From the IMG/VR virus record IMGVR_UViG_3300012231_000020, positions 1-41,521 of that record: a DNA stretch of 41,521 bases. The stretch is one strand, 5' to 3'. This document shows positions 18,658-25,768 of the stretch, piece by piece. This DNA comes from a virus. Its lineage: Duplodnaviria; Caudoviricetes. The translations under genes were made by a program, and so were the position numbers. Position 1 is the first letter of the stretch. The number at the start of each line of letters is the position of its first letter. The notes beneath the pieces were generated by a model. It did no database searches. It was not told the DNA's origin and worked only from the letters and a program-made list of their open reading frames with translations.

Positions 18658-19905
18658 TTAAATTATTTCACAAGTTAAGGGTAAAATATACCGGCCTTTG
18701 TATCCTGCGGCTTTACATTTTTCGATTATCTCCTCGGCAAAATTCCACGCAAGCAGGACCAAAAAGTCGGGCTGGTCCTCGACCAGCTTATCGAGCGAGA
18801 CGATCGGTATACCGGTACCAGGTGAGTACTTGCCTATTTTCTCCGGCGTCTGATCGATGATAAAGGGTATATCGTCAGCCGTAAGCCTCGCGACGTTTAG
18901 CAGGGTATTGCCCTTAGCGCTGGCAGCAAAAGCGTAGATCTTAAAGTCGGTGCCGGCTGAGTACGTGATCAGCTTACTGAAATTCCTGACGACGTGATCG
19001 ACCTTTGCGGCCCAGTTCTTATAAGTCTCGATCTTATTATACCCCTCCTCGAGCTCCTTAAAGACGTACCGCTTGACATTCGTCGAGGGCTCGCCGTGCT
19101 TGCGTATATGGCAGCGGACCGACCCCCCGTGAATATCGTGATGCGTCACGTCAGCCAGCACGAGCCCGCGCTGGCCGCAGAGGACCGATAAAGGGTATAT
19201 CGAAAAATAACTAAGGTGCTCAAAGTAGACGGTATCAAATTCGTTTTTCTCGATAAAGTCGATCAGGTAAGGAAACTCAATAATCGCGACCCCGTCAGAC
19301 CGGAGGACCGACTTAATCGCGTCGAGAAACTCGGTGACGTCGTCGACGTGAGCAAAGACATTTGTCGCGGTGATGAGCTTTGGCAGCGGCCAGGACGTCG
19401 CGAGCAGGTGCTTTGCCGCAGCCATACCCCAAAAAGTATTGTAGACCCTGATACCCTGGTCCTCGCAGATCTTGATCAGGTTAACCGCTGGGTCGATATT
19501 GAGGGTCTTGTGCCCGAGTACTTTCTTAAACTCAGCGAGCAGCGCCCCGTCATTACCGGCAATATCGATATGAAAAGTCTCAGCGTCGAGATCGTACTGA
19601 TCGCGCAGGTCGAGAGCCATATCGTGACAGTGTTTTTTATACCCCTCGCTCATACTCGACCGGTATACATAGTGACCGAAAAGAGTCACGGGGTCGATGA
19701 CGATCGAGAGCTGGCTGAGCCCGCAGCGCTCGCAGAGCAGTACCTCGAGAGGGTACCTCGGGGCGATCTCATCGGGAGCGCTGAGTAAGTTATTTGATAA
19801 GGGCATGAGCCCGAGATTAAGATACGGCTTTAGTTTTTCGTTACCGCAGACGCGACAAGAGATATGAGATTTAAACATATTAGAGCCCCCCTGGTTTTTC
19901 GTCAA
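18658..19905 (-). CDS. NDP-hexose C-methyltransferase (TcaB9/NovU-like, zinc-binding, SAM-dependent)
   Basis: CRVC...CERC zinc site, LGLMPLSN, DIAGNDG SAM motif, TNVFAH, FDTVYFEHLSYF, HGGSVR, KGNTLL and LLAWNF. Confidence 0.88.
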   Translation of the reverse strand: MTKNQGGSNMFKSHISCRVCGNEKLKPYLNLGLMPLSNNLLSAPDEIAPRYPLEVLLCERCGLSQLSIVIDPVTLFGHYVYRSSMSEGYKKHCHDMALDLRDQYDLDAETFHIDIAGNDGALLAEFKKVLGHKTLNIDPAVNLIKICEDQGIRVYNTFWGMAAAKHLLATSWPLPKLITATNVFAHVDDVTEFLDAIKSVLRSDGVAIIEFPYLIDFIEKNEFDTVYFEHLSYFSIYPLSVLCGQRGLVLADVTHHDIHGGSVRCHIRKHGEPSTNVKRYVFKELEEGYNKIETYKNWAAKVDHVVRNFSKLITYSAGTDFKIYAFAASAKGNTLLNVARLTADDIPFIIDQTPEKIGKYSPGTGIPIVSLDKLVEDQPDFLVLLAWNFAEEIIEKCKAAGYKGRYILPLTCEII

Positions 19906-20065
19906 AAGTATTAAGTATCTGCATTATTTTCTCGTTGGCTTTCGTGACGACCTTATCGCTGCTCGGAGTCTGAGGCCTGCCTCCCGTGCCAGTCAGATTT
20001 GAGGCGACTACTTTAGCCAGCGCTTTGAGTAGCTTGATCTTTCTCTCGAGTGATAGCTCGGTCAT
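19880..20065 (-). CDS. Hypothetical protein
   Basis: 61-aa ORF overlapping both neighbours. Confidence 0.45.
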   Translation of the reverse strand: MTELSLERKIKLLKALAKVVASNLTGTGGRPQTPSSDKVVTKANEKIMQILNTFDEKPGGL

Positions 20066-21395
20066 ACTCTAAGTTAGGAAATATTTTCTCGTGCTCTTTC
20101 ATCCTGTCGTAAAGGTGCGCTTGTTTCCTGGCCTGCTCGTTACGGTACCAAAAACCCATATCATAAAGCGGCGACTTTTCGAGCGGTGCGATCTGCAGAC
20201 AGACAAGGCTCATCCTCTCGACCTGCTTGAGCAGGGTGCGAGGGCCTCCTCGGTGCTCGAAGTGCCAGCACTCCTGCACGGTCCTGATCGGGTCCGCAGG
20301 AAAGACCAGCCGCTTTGCGACTGCTTTCGGTATGCAAAAGCCCGTCGTACGTACGTGACGAGTCACCTCTCGGCTGATCTGCATACAAGTGAGCCCGACC
20401 CTTTTTTCAAAGGGGTCAATAAAATCGTTAATAAAGTCGGGGCTCATCGGTATTGTGTCGTCGGTACACCAAAGTAAATAGTCGTAATCAGGAAAGCCCT
20501 CGAGCCTCTCTTTGCAAACGTCCTGCAGGGCCCCGATATCAAAGCCGACGTTCGGCCTTTCAATTATACGAACAGTTTCGTATTGCTCGTATCTCGTCGT
20601 CTTATTGTTAACGATGATCACGAGCTCAGCGCCCTTAGTATTGCACCTCGCCCAGAGATCGAGCCAGCGGTCAATATTGCGCCAGCGGTCATATACGACG
20701 ACCGCGACGACGACCCTCGGCAAAGTGCCAGGTATCAGCCCTCGCCTGATAAGCGCCTGCTTATCTTTCTTATGGCTCGGGGGCTGATTGCGTGAGAGGC
20801 TCGCGTCGTGAAATCGTTGAGCAATGAGAAACTTGCGCAGGATCTCAGGAGGCCCGTATTTTTGGTAGAGCTGATAATAAAAATACAGATCGCAAAAAGT
20901 CTTGAGGCTCGCGTCAAAGCGCAGCTCAGACCGGCGAAAGGCGACGACCGACGGCATGCCGATTTTATTGTGATCAAAGTCGTGAGGATCGTACTCAGCG
21001 AGCCTTTGACCGGTCCGCAGGCCTCGCGCGTTAATGTGAGTACTATTTGCGACGACCCAGCCAGCCATATCCAGCGCGTCTGAGTAGTTTTGCAGCGCGT
21101 AAGGGTCGATAAAAAGGTCGTCCTGCATCATTAACTTGATCTTATCATACCGCGCCAGCTCGATACAGTTGTTAATATTCTCACTCGCTCCCTTTACTGG
21201 GTTAAAGTAGTACGTGATCGGGAGGCCGGCAAAGGCCTCGCAGACCTTTTTGATCGAGCCGTCGGTCGCGTTATCACTGACCAGGATCTCATAAGGAGCG
21301 TTAAAGTTTAGCCTCGTGATCGAGACGAGGAGTTCGGCCAGGTACTTTGCCCCGTGCCCTTTTTGTTCGTAGGTAGGTATACAAATTGAAATCAT
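20013..21395 (-). CDS. Two-domain glycosyltransferase (GT2-like plus a second GT-A/RgpF-like domain)
   Basis: N-domain ISICIPTY, VSDN, MQDD; C-domain VVAVVVY, NVGFDIGA, CTDD. Confidence 0.8.
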   Translation of the reverse strand: MISICIPTYEQKGHGAKYLAELLVSITRLNFNAPYEILVSDNATDGSIKKVCEAFAGLPITYYFNPVKGASENINNCIELARYDKIKLMMQDDLFIDPYALQNYSDALDMAGWVVANSTHINARGLRTGQRLAEYDPHDFDHNKIGMPSVVAFRRSELRFDASLKTFCDLYFYYQLYQKYGPPEILRKFLIAQRFHDASLSRNQPPSHKKDKQALIRRGLIPGTLPRVVVAVVVYDRWRNIDRWLDLWARCNTKGAELVIIVNNKTTRYEQYETVRIIERPNVGFDIGALQDVCKERLEGFPDYDYLLWCTDDTIPMSPDFINDFIDPFEKRVGLTCMQISREVTRHVRTTGFCIPKAVAKRLVFPADPIRTVQECWHFEHRGGPRTLLKQVERMSLVCLQIAPLEKSPLYDMGFWYRNEQARKQAHLYDRMKEHEKIFPNLEYDRAITREKDQATQSAG

Positions 21396-21627
21396 ATTTT
21401 TTCGTCTTTATAGCAGATAATTAAAGCAATTAATCCAAAGAGCAAAATACCGATAGCTATCATTTATTTTCGTTTTTTACCGTGATAGGTTATTTTAAAA
21501 ATAGCGGTCAGCCTGTCATAGCTCGGCTCTCGGTCTTTCGGCTTGAGCCTTATCATCCTGCAGACCTCCGGCCCACTAAAGACGAGGATCTTATAAGGGT
21601 GCTCTCGCCCCGAGTATACCGCCCTGA

Positions 21628-22269
21628 TCATTTTAGTGCGGTATGGGGTACGTCGATAAAGCTCGCCGGCTTAAAGACGATCGGGGCGATCTGCACGCCC
21701 GCGCGCCAGCAATAAAAAGGTAAAGCGACCTGATCAAAGCCGTTGAGCTCGTAAACATCGTGCCACCAAGCCTCAAAGATCTCCTGAGTCTTTGGCATTG
21801 CCCAGGCTGCGATTATAGAACAGTCACCGAGGCCGTTATTTTTAGGATATCCAAAGTATCGGTAAGCCTCGACCTGCGCCCTGATCGGCTTATTTTGGTA
21901 CCGCGTCAAGAGATACTTATTTCCCTTTCTCATGCAGTGCTCTATATGATCGATCTCCTGATATATGCAGGCCCGCTCGTGATGTTTAAGCACCGCGACC
22001 TCGTTAGTACCGAGAGCGTTGACGACCTGCTCGATAAAGTCAAGGGCGAGGACCTGTATCTTGCCATCGAGCCAGATAACGATATCGTACCTATCGTCAA
22101 AAACGATATGAGTTTTATACCAGAGCGCCTGCGTGCGATCGTTACCGACGACCCCTGGCGCTGGCTCAGTATAGTAATAAAAGTCGACCGGTATATTCTG
22201 CAGAGGCGCGTCGCGCGGTGCATCGATACCCCCGATCACAGCGGTAAAGACAGCAATTTTTAAACTCAT
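21628..22269 (-). CDS. DUF616/TOD1-MUCI70-like glycosyltransferase
   Basis: VFTAVIGGID, IWLDG, HHERACIYQE and DQVALPF motifs. Confidence 0.75.
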   Translation of the reverse strand: MSLKIAVFTAVIGGIDAPRDAPLQNIPVDFYYYTEPAPGVVGNDRTQALWYKTHIVFDDRYDIVIWLDGKIQVLALDFIEQVVNALGTNEVAVLKHHERACIYQEIDHIEHCMRKGNKYLLTRYQNKPIRAQVEAYRYFGYPKNNGLGDCSIIAAWAMPKTQEIFEAWWHDVYELNGFDQVALPFYCWRAGVQIAPIVFKPASFIDVPHTALK

Positions 22270-22436
22270 CGTTTTTTAAGTGCTTTTTTAAGGTTAATAT
22301 CAAAGGCTTTCGCGTACCCGTACTTTTTAAGCATATACCTCGAGACTTTCTTTACTAAGATAAAGCCGACGAGCTTAGGCTCTGCGATATCACAGAGAGG
22401 CGCTGGCGTCTTATTAGAGTATGTACTTAAAGCCAT
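22266..22436 (-). CDS. Small basic hypothetical protein (56 aa), first gene of the glycosylation operon
   Basis: Manual translation MALSTYSNKTPAPLCDIAEP...KKALKKR, with ATGA overlap into the DUF616 gene. Confidence 0.5.
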   Translation of the reverse strand: MALSTYSNKTPAPLCDIAEPKLVGFILVKKVSRYMLKKYGYAKAFDINLKKALKKR

Positions 22437-22441
22437 AAAAT

Positions 22442-22522
22442 AAAAATGCCCCTTTCAAAATCGGGCCGGTAAGGGCCGTCAAAATCCAGAGGCAAAAACT
22501 TTAAAAGCCCTCTTACCAGGGC
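22442..22522 (-). ncRNA. Putative kissing-loop leader/attenuator RNA, copy B
   Basis: Hairpin GCCCU-GGUAAG-AGGGC, then hairpin UGCCUCU...GGCC-CUUACC-GGCC...AGGGGCA followed by UUUUU; the two loops are complementary. Confidence 0.6.
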
Positions 22523-22533
22523 AAATATCAAAA

Positions 22534-22565
22534 GCAATATAGTAACTCTTTAGTTACTGACCAAA
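22534..22565 (-). promoter_or_regulatory. Promoter with GTAAC-N6-GTTAC operator
   Basis: Minus strand TTTG-N20-TATATTGC; AGTAACtctttaGTTACT at 22541-22558. Confidence 0.65.
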
Positions 22566-22688
22566 TTATTCCGGCTCCGCGTCCTCGGTCGGCTCATCCT
22601 CCGCAGGCTCGCTCTCGATCGGTGTTTCGGTGATCGTCTCATCATCGTTGACTATCTGCTCGTCTGGTATTGGGCTCTCCTGTTCCAT
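22566..22688 (-). CDS. Very acidic 40-aa peptide
   Basis: MEQESPIPDEQIVNDDETITETPIESEPAEDEPTEDAEPE, with an A-rich start context after terS. Confidence 0.55.
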   Translation of the reverse strand: MEQESPIPDEQIVNDDETITETPIESEPAEDEPTEDAEPE

Positions 22689-22713
22689 CGTTGTTTTAGT
22701 TTTAAAGGTGATA

Positions 22714-23286
22714 TTAATCCTCAGCTTTCGGCTGAGTTGTGTACACGTTAATTATCGGGGCCGCTGCCTGACCGTCTGGCGTCGTCTGCGCGACTTTCTC
22801 CGGCGCGTTATACCCCAGCATTCTGCTGAGCTGCTCAATCGCTTTGGTCTTTTCCCAGAGCTTTACTTTCCTGACGGTGCCGATCGGCCTGCGATCATCG
22901 CCTCGGCCCAGGTACAACTCCTCGGCCTCGACCCCTGATACGACCCCCTTCATATGATCGGGCCACAAATTCGGGGGTAAAATTGCCCCTGTTTCTGGGT
23001 CGATAATATCCTCGACTCTTGCGCCTGCTATCTCACGTAAAATAGCCAGCAAAGACTCCTTTGATACGTTCAATTTATCGGCTGTTTGATTGCGTAACTC
23101 CATTATAAAAGCCTGTACCTCCGGCTTTTTAAGGAGTTCCCAAGCCTGAGAGTGCGCGCTCTTTGGCGCGTACCCTGCTCTTATCGCTGCCCTCGTACCG
23201 TTAAAGTCGATTTGATACTCCTCGCAAAAACGAGTAATTTTTGGGGTCAATTTTCTCTTTTTTACCTCTTTCTTAGCCATATTCAT
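22714..23286 (-). CDS. terS: Terminase small subunit
   Basis: LTPK...FCEEY..DFNGTRAAIRAGY..KSAHSQAWELL and KTKAIEQLSRMLG (Terminase_2-type). Confidence 0.92.
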   Translation of the reverse strand: MNMAKKEVKKRKLTPKITRFCEEYQIDFNGTRAAIRAGYAPKSAHSQAWELLKKPEVQAFIMELRNQTADKLNVSKESLLAILREIAGARVEDIIDPETGAILPPNLWPDHMKGVVSGVEAEELYLGRGDDRRPIGTVRKVKLWEKTKAIEQLSRMLGYNAPEKVAQTTPDGQAAAPIINVYTTQPKAED

Positions 23287-23288
23287 AC

Positions 23289-24662
23289 CTAAATTAGTAC
23301 CTTTTTTCGATAAAATTCGATTTTTGCTTTGACCGCCTGCATGAGAGCGCTTTGACCGTCGGCCTTTCGGTCGATCGCTGCGCTGACCTCCTCATCCATC
23401 GTACCGGCGCAAATCAGTTTGTAGATCATCACGGGCTTAGTCTGACCCTGACGATCGAGACGCGCGTTAGCCTGCTGATATAGCTCGAGTGACCACGTAA
23501 GCCCGAACCAGACAATAATATTACCCCCAGCTTGTAAATTGAGCCCGTGCCCTGCGCTGGCTGGGTGAGCTATCATAAGCCTGACCTTTTTACTGTTCCA
23601 AGCTTTGATATCCTCCGAGGTCTTGAGCTCTCTTGCGTGCTTAAAGCGCTCGAGTATACGCTGCTTATCGTGAATATAAGAGTAAAACACGAGGACCGGC
23701 TGATCTCCGGCCTCCTCGATGATATCGCTCAGCGCGTCGAGCTTTTGATCGTGCTCTAAGTGTACCTCTCTATTTTCATCGTACAAAGCCCCGTTAGAGA
23801 ATTGCAAGAGCTTAGTCGTAAGGGCCGCAGCGTTAAGGGCCGAGATATCTGCGCTCGCCATCTCGAGGACTTTCTCCTTTTCAAAGGCCTTATACCTCTG
23901 CAGGGTCGCCGGCTCGAGGTTTATCCTGATCGTGTGCTCAAGCCTGCCAGGTAGCTCGAGATAATCGTCGGCTTTCATCGAGATACAGATATCGCCGATC
24001 TTATCGTATATCTCCTTTTCTGATCCTTTGCGTACTTTATAGCTCTGGATATGCTGGCCGAAAATCTTATCAGCGCTCAGGTAAGCCTCACGAAAGGCCC
24101 CGATCGTTTTACCCAGACGCTCACCCTGATCGAGGAGATATATCTGCGGCCAGAGATCCTGCAGGCCGTTAGGCGCAGGTGTACCGGTCAGACCGACGAC
24201 TCTTTTGATCAGCGGCCTCACGATCCTCAGCGACCGAAAGCGCTGACTCTGGTTATCCTTAAAGCTGCTCAGCTCATCGATGACAACCATATCAAAGGGA
24301 AAGGCCGTCATATAGTGCTTGACGATCCACGCGACATTATCGCGACCTATGACGTAAATATCAGCCTTTCTCTTTAAGCAGGCGACTCTCTGCGCTGGGT
24401 CGCCTTTGACGACCTCGAGGCGAAGGTGCGAGAGGTGAGTCCACTTTTTGACCTCCTCCGGCCAGACGTTCAAAGCGACGGTTTTCGGAGCTATGACCAA
24501 GACCTTACTGACCTCGAGGTCCTCATATATGAGGCGAGAGATCGCGGTCAGCGTCGCGACTGTTTTCCCTAAGCCCATATCTACGTAAAGCGCTGAATAT
24601 GAATTAGTTATAACGTGTTCAATCATTCGATTCTGGTACGCGTGTAAATTGCTTTCGTCCAT
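23289..24662 (-). CDS. SNF2-family DEAD/DEAH-like helicase
   Basis: DMGLGKT Walker A, IDELS, LTGTP, GHGLNLQ and QANARLDRQGQ. Confidence 0.93.
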   Translation of the reverse strand: MDESNLHAYQNRMIEHVITNSYSALYVDMGLGKTVATLTAISRLIYEDLEVSKVLVIAPKTVALNVWPEEVKKWTHLSHLRLEVVKGDPAQRVACLKRKADIYVIGRDNVAWIVKHYMTAFPFDMVVIDELSSFKDNQSQRFRSLRIVRPLIKRVVGLTGTPAPNGLQDLWPQIYLLDQGERLGKTIGAFREAYLSADKIFGQHIQSYKVRKGSEKEIYDKIGDICISMKADDYLELPGRLEHTIRINLEPATLQRYKAFEKEKVLEMASADISALNAAALTTKLLQFSNGALYDENREVHLEHDQKLDALSDIIEEAGDQPVLVFYSYIHDKQRILERFKHARELKTSEDIKAWNSKKVRLMIAHPASAGHGLNLQAGGNIIVWFGLTWSLELYQQANARLDRQGQTKPVMIYKLICAGTMDEEVSAAIDRKADGQSALMQAVKAKIEFYRKKVLI

Positions 24663-25077
24663 TTATTTTTATTATTAGTTGGTGCGCCCTGGCGTGCTCT
24701 GCCTGCGACTTAAATACAAAAAGATTACTGTGGCAATTATTTAAAATATTTCCATCGATGTGATGTACGACCTCGCCTTTCTTTAAAGGCCTCCCGATCA
24801 TCTTCTCGGCCTCGACGCGATGCGTGTGTCTCCCGTAAGTTTTCCGGTATGCCTTACCGTCGCCTCTACCGACTTTCGACGCCCTCAGCTTTTTACGCGT
24901 CTCAGGTATCATCCTATCAGGATTTAGATCGATATTCATCTCAGTAAAGCGCTTACTCAAAAAGGGTTTACTACAAGCTAAGCTGCAAAAAACGTGTTTT
25001 CTCATCTGGCTCGCGCAGCGCCTTACCGCTTTCCCGCAAGTTTCGCAAGGGCGCTCTAAGCTGTTTCTTTTTGGCAT
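24619..25077 (-). CDS. HNH endonuclease (free-standing homing type, N-terminal Zn ribbon)
   Basis: CETC...FCSLAC, HRVEAE..IGRPL..GEVVHHIDGN..NN...NL and H...H motifs; -7-like box TATATTTG at 25082-25089. Confidence 0.88.
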   Translation of the reverse strand: MPKRNSLERPCETCGKAVRRCASQMRKHVFCSLACSKPFLSKRFTEMNIDLNPDRMIPETRKKLRASKVGRGDGKAYRKTYGRHTHRVEAEKMIGRPLKKGEVVHHIDGNILNNCHSNLFVFKSQAEHARAHQLIIKINGRKQFTRVPESND

Positions 25078-25100
25078 ATTACAAATATACGCCCAATTAA

Positions 25101-25199
25101 TTAAATACCGAGGCCCATCTCTAAAAAAAGGCCGCTCGCCTTATTTGCGATAATGTGATCGGTCGCGTGATCCTGATACTTATGTGGTACATATTGCAT
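25101..25199 (-). pseudogene. Orphaned original 5' end of the SNF2 helicase
   Basis: Translates as MQYVPHKYQDHATDHIIANKASGLFLEMGLG-I-stop, paralogous to the helicase N-terminus up to Walker A; overlaps the VRR-NUC stop. Confidence 0.8.
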
Positions 25200-25461
25200 C
25201 GATAAATGTTTTAAGTGTTTCGTCATCTTTGACGACCCAGACCTTTACTTTGCGGGCCTCGATCATCCTGTGTACGGCTTTTTGAACCGGCGAGGGCTCA
25301 CCGTCTGGCCTTTTCAGCTCGACGAGGTAAAGCCTGCCCTCAAAGATCACAAGCCTGTCGGGTACCCCCCGAGTACCTGGGCTCGTAAACTTAAAACACA
25401 GCCCGCCCAGCCTCTTGACCTGACATTTTAGCCGCTTTTCGATATCTTTTTCTCTTTCCAT
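25180..25461 (-). CDS. VRR-NUC domain nuclease
   Basis: EKDIE, KFTSPG.RGVPDR, VELK and Q motifs. Confidence 0.9.
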   Translation of the reverse strand: MEREKDIEKRLKCQVKRLGGLCFKFTSPGTRGVPDRLVIFEGRLYLVELKRPDGEPSPVQKAVHRMIEARKVKVWVVKDDETLKTFIDAICTT

Positions 25462-25475
25462 ATTTTAGCGCTATC

Positions 25476-25768
25476 GGCATCCTTTTTGGCATCCCATAAC
25501 ATTTTGATTTTATGATACTTATCTAAAAAGATGCCGCAATGCCGCAAAAAACGTCGATTTCCTTAGAGTAGATATATCGATGTTATGGCTTTTTATGTAG
25601 TTATATAGCTTCATATTATTATCATAACTTACTAATACCCTTATACCCCTTTTTTATCTATTTATCGGCATCTATTTATATAAAATACTAATACTAAGAG
25701 CTTTTGAGGATGCCGGTAAGGGATGCCGGTAAGGGATGCCGCAAATTATTTTTCGTTTGCGGCATCCC
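25476..25768. repeat. Putative replication origin with GATGCC iterons in an AT-rich spacer
   Basis: GATGCC/GGCATC at 25476, 25488, 25530, 25667, 25709, 25722, 25735 and 25761; 13-bp tandem GGATGCCGGTAAG; inverted repeat 25733-25745/25756-25768; lies just downstream of the primase-helicase. Confidence 0.7.

Noticed and set aside
24567-25106. Group I intron or intein in the SNF2 gene
   Set aside because: The boundaries (U before, G at the end) fit group I superficially, but nearly all 540 bp are coding, leaving no room for a ribozyme core. An immediate in-frame stop excludes an intein.
25708-25768. CRISPR-like mini-array
   Set aside because: The repeats are only 6-13 bp, tandem or inverted, with no unique spacers; they fit iterons better.
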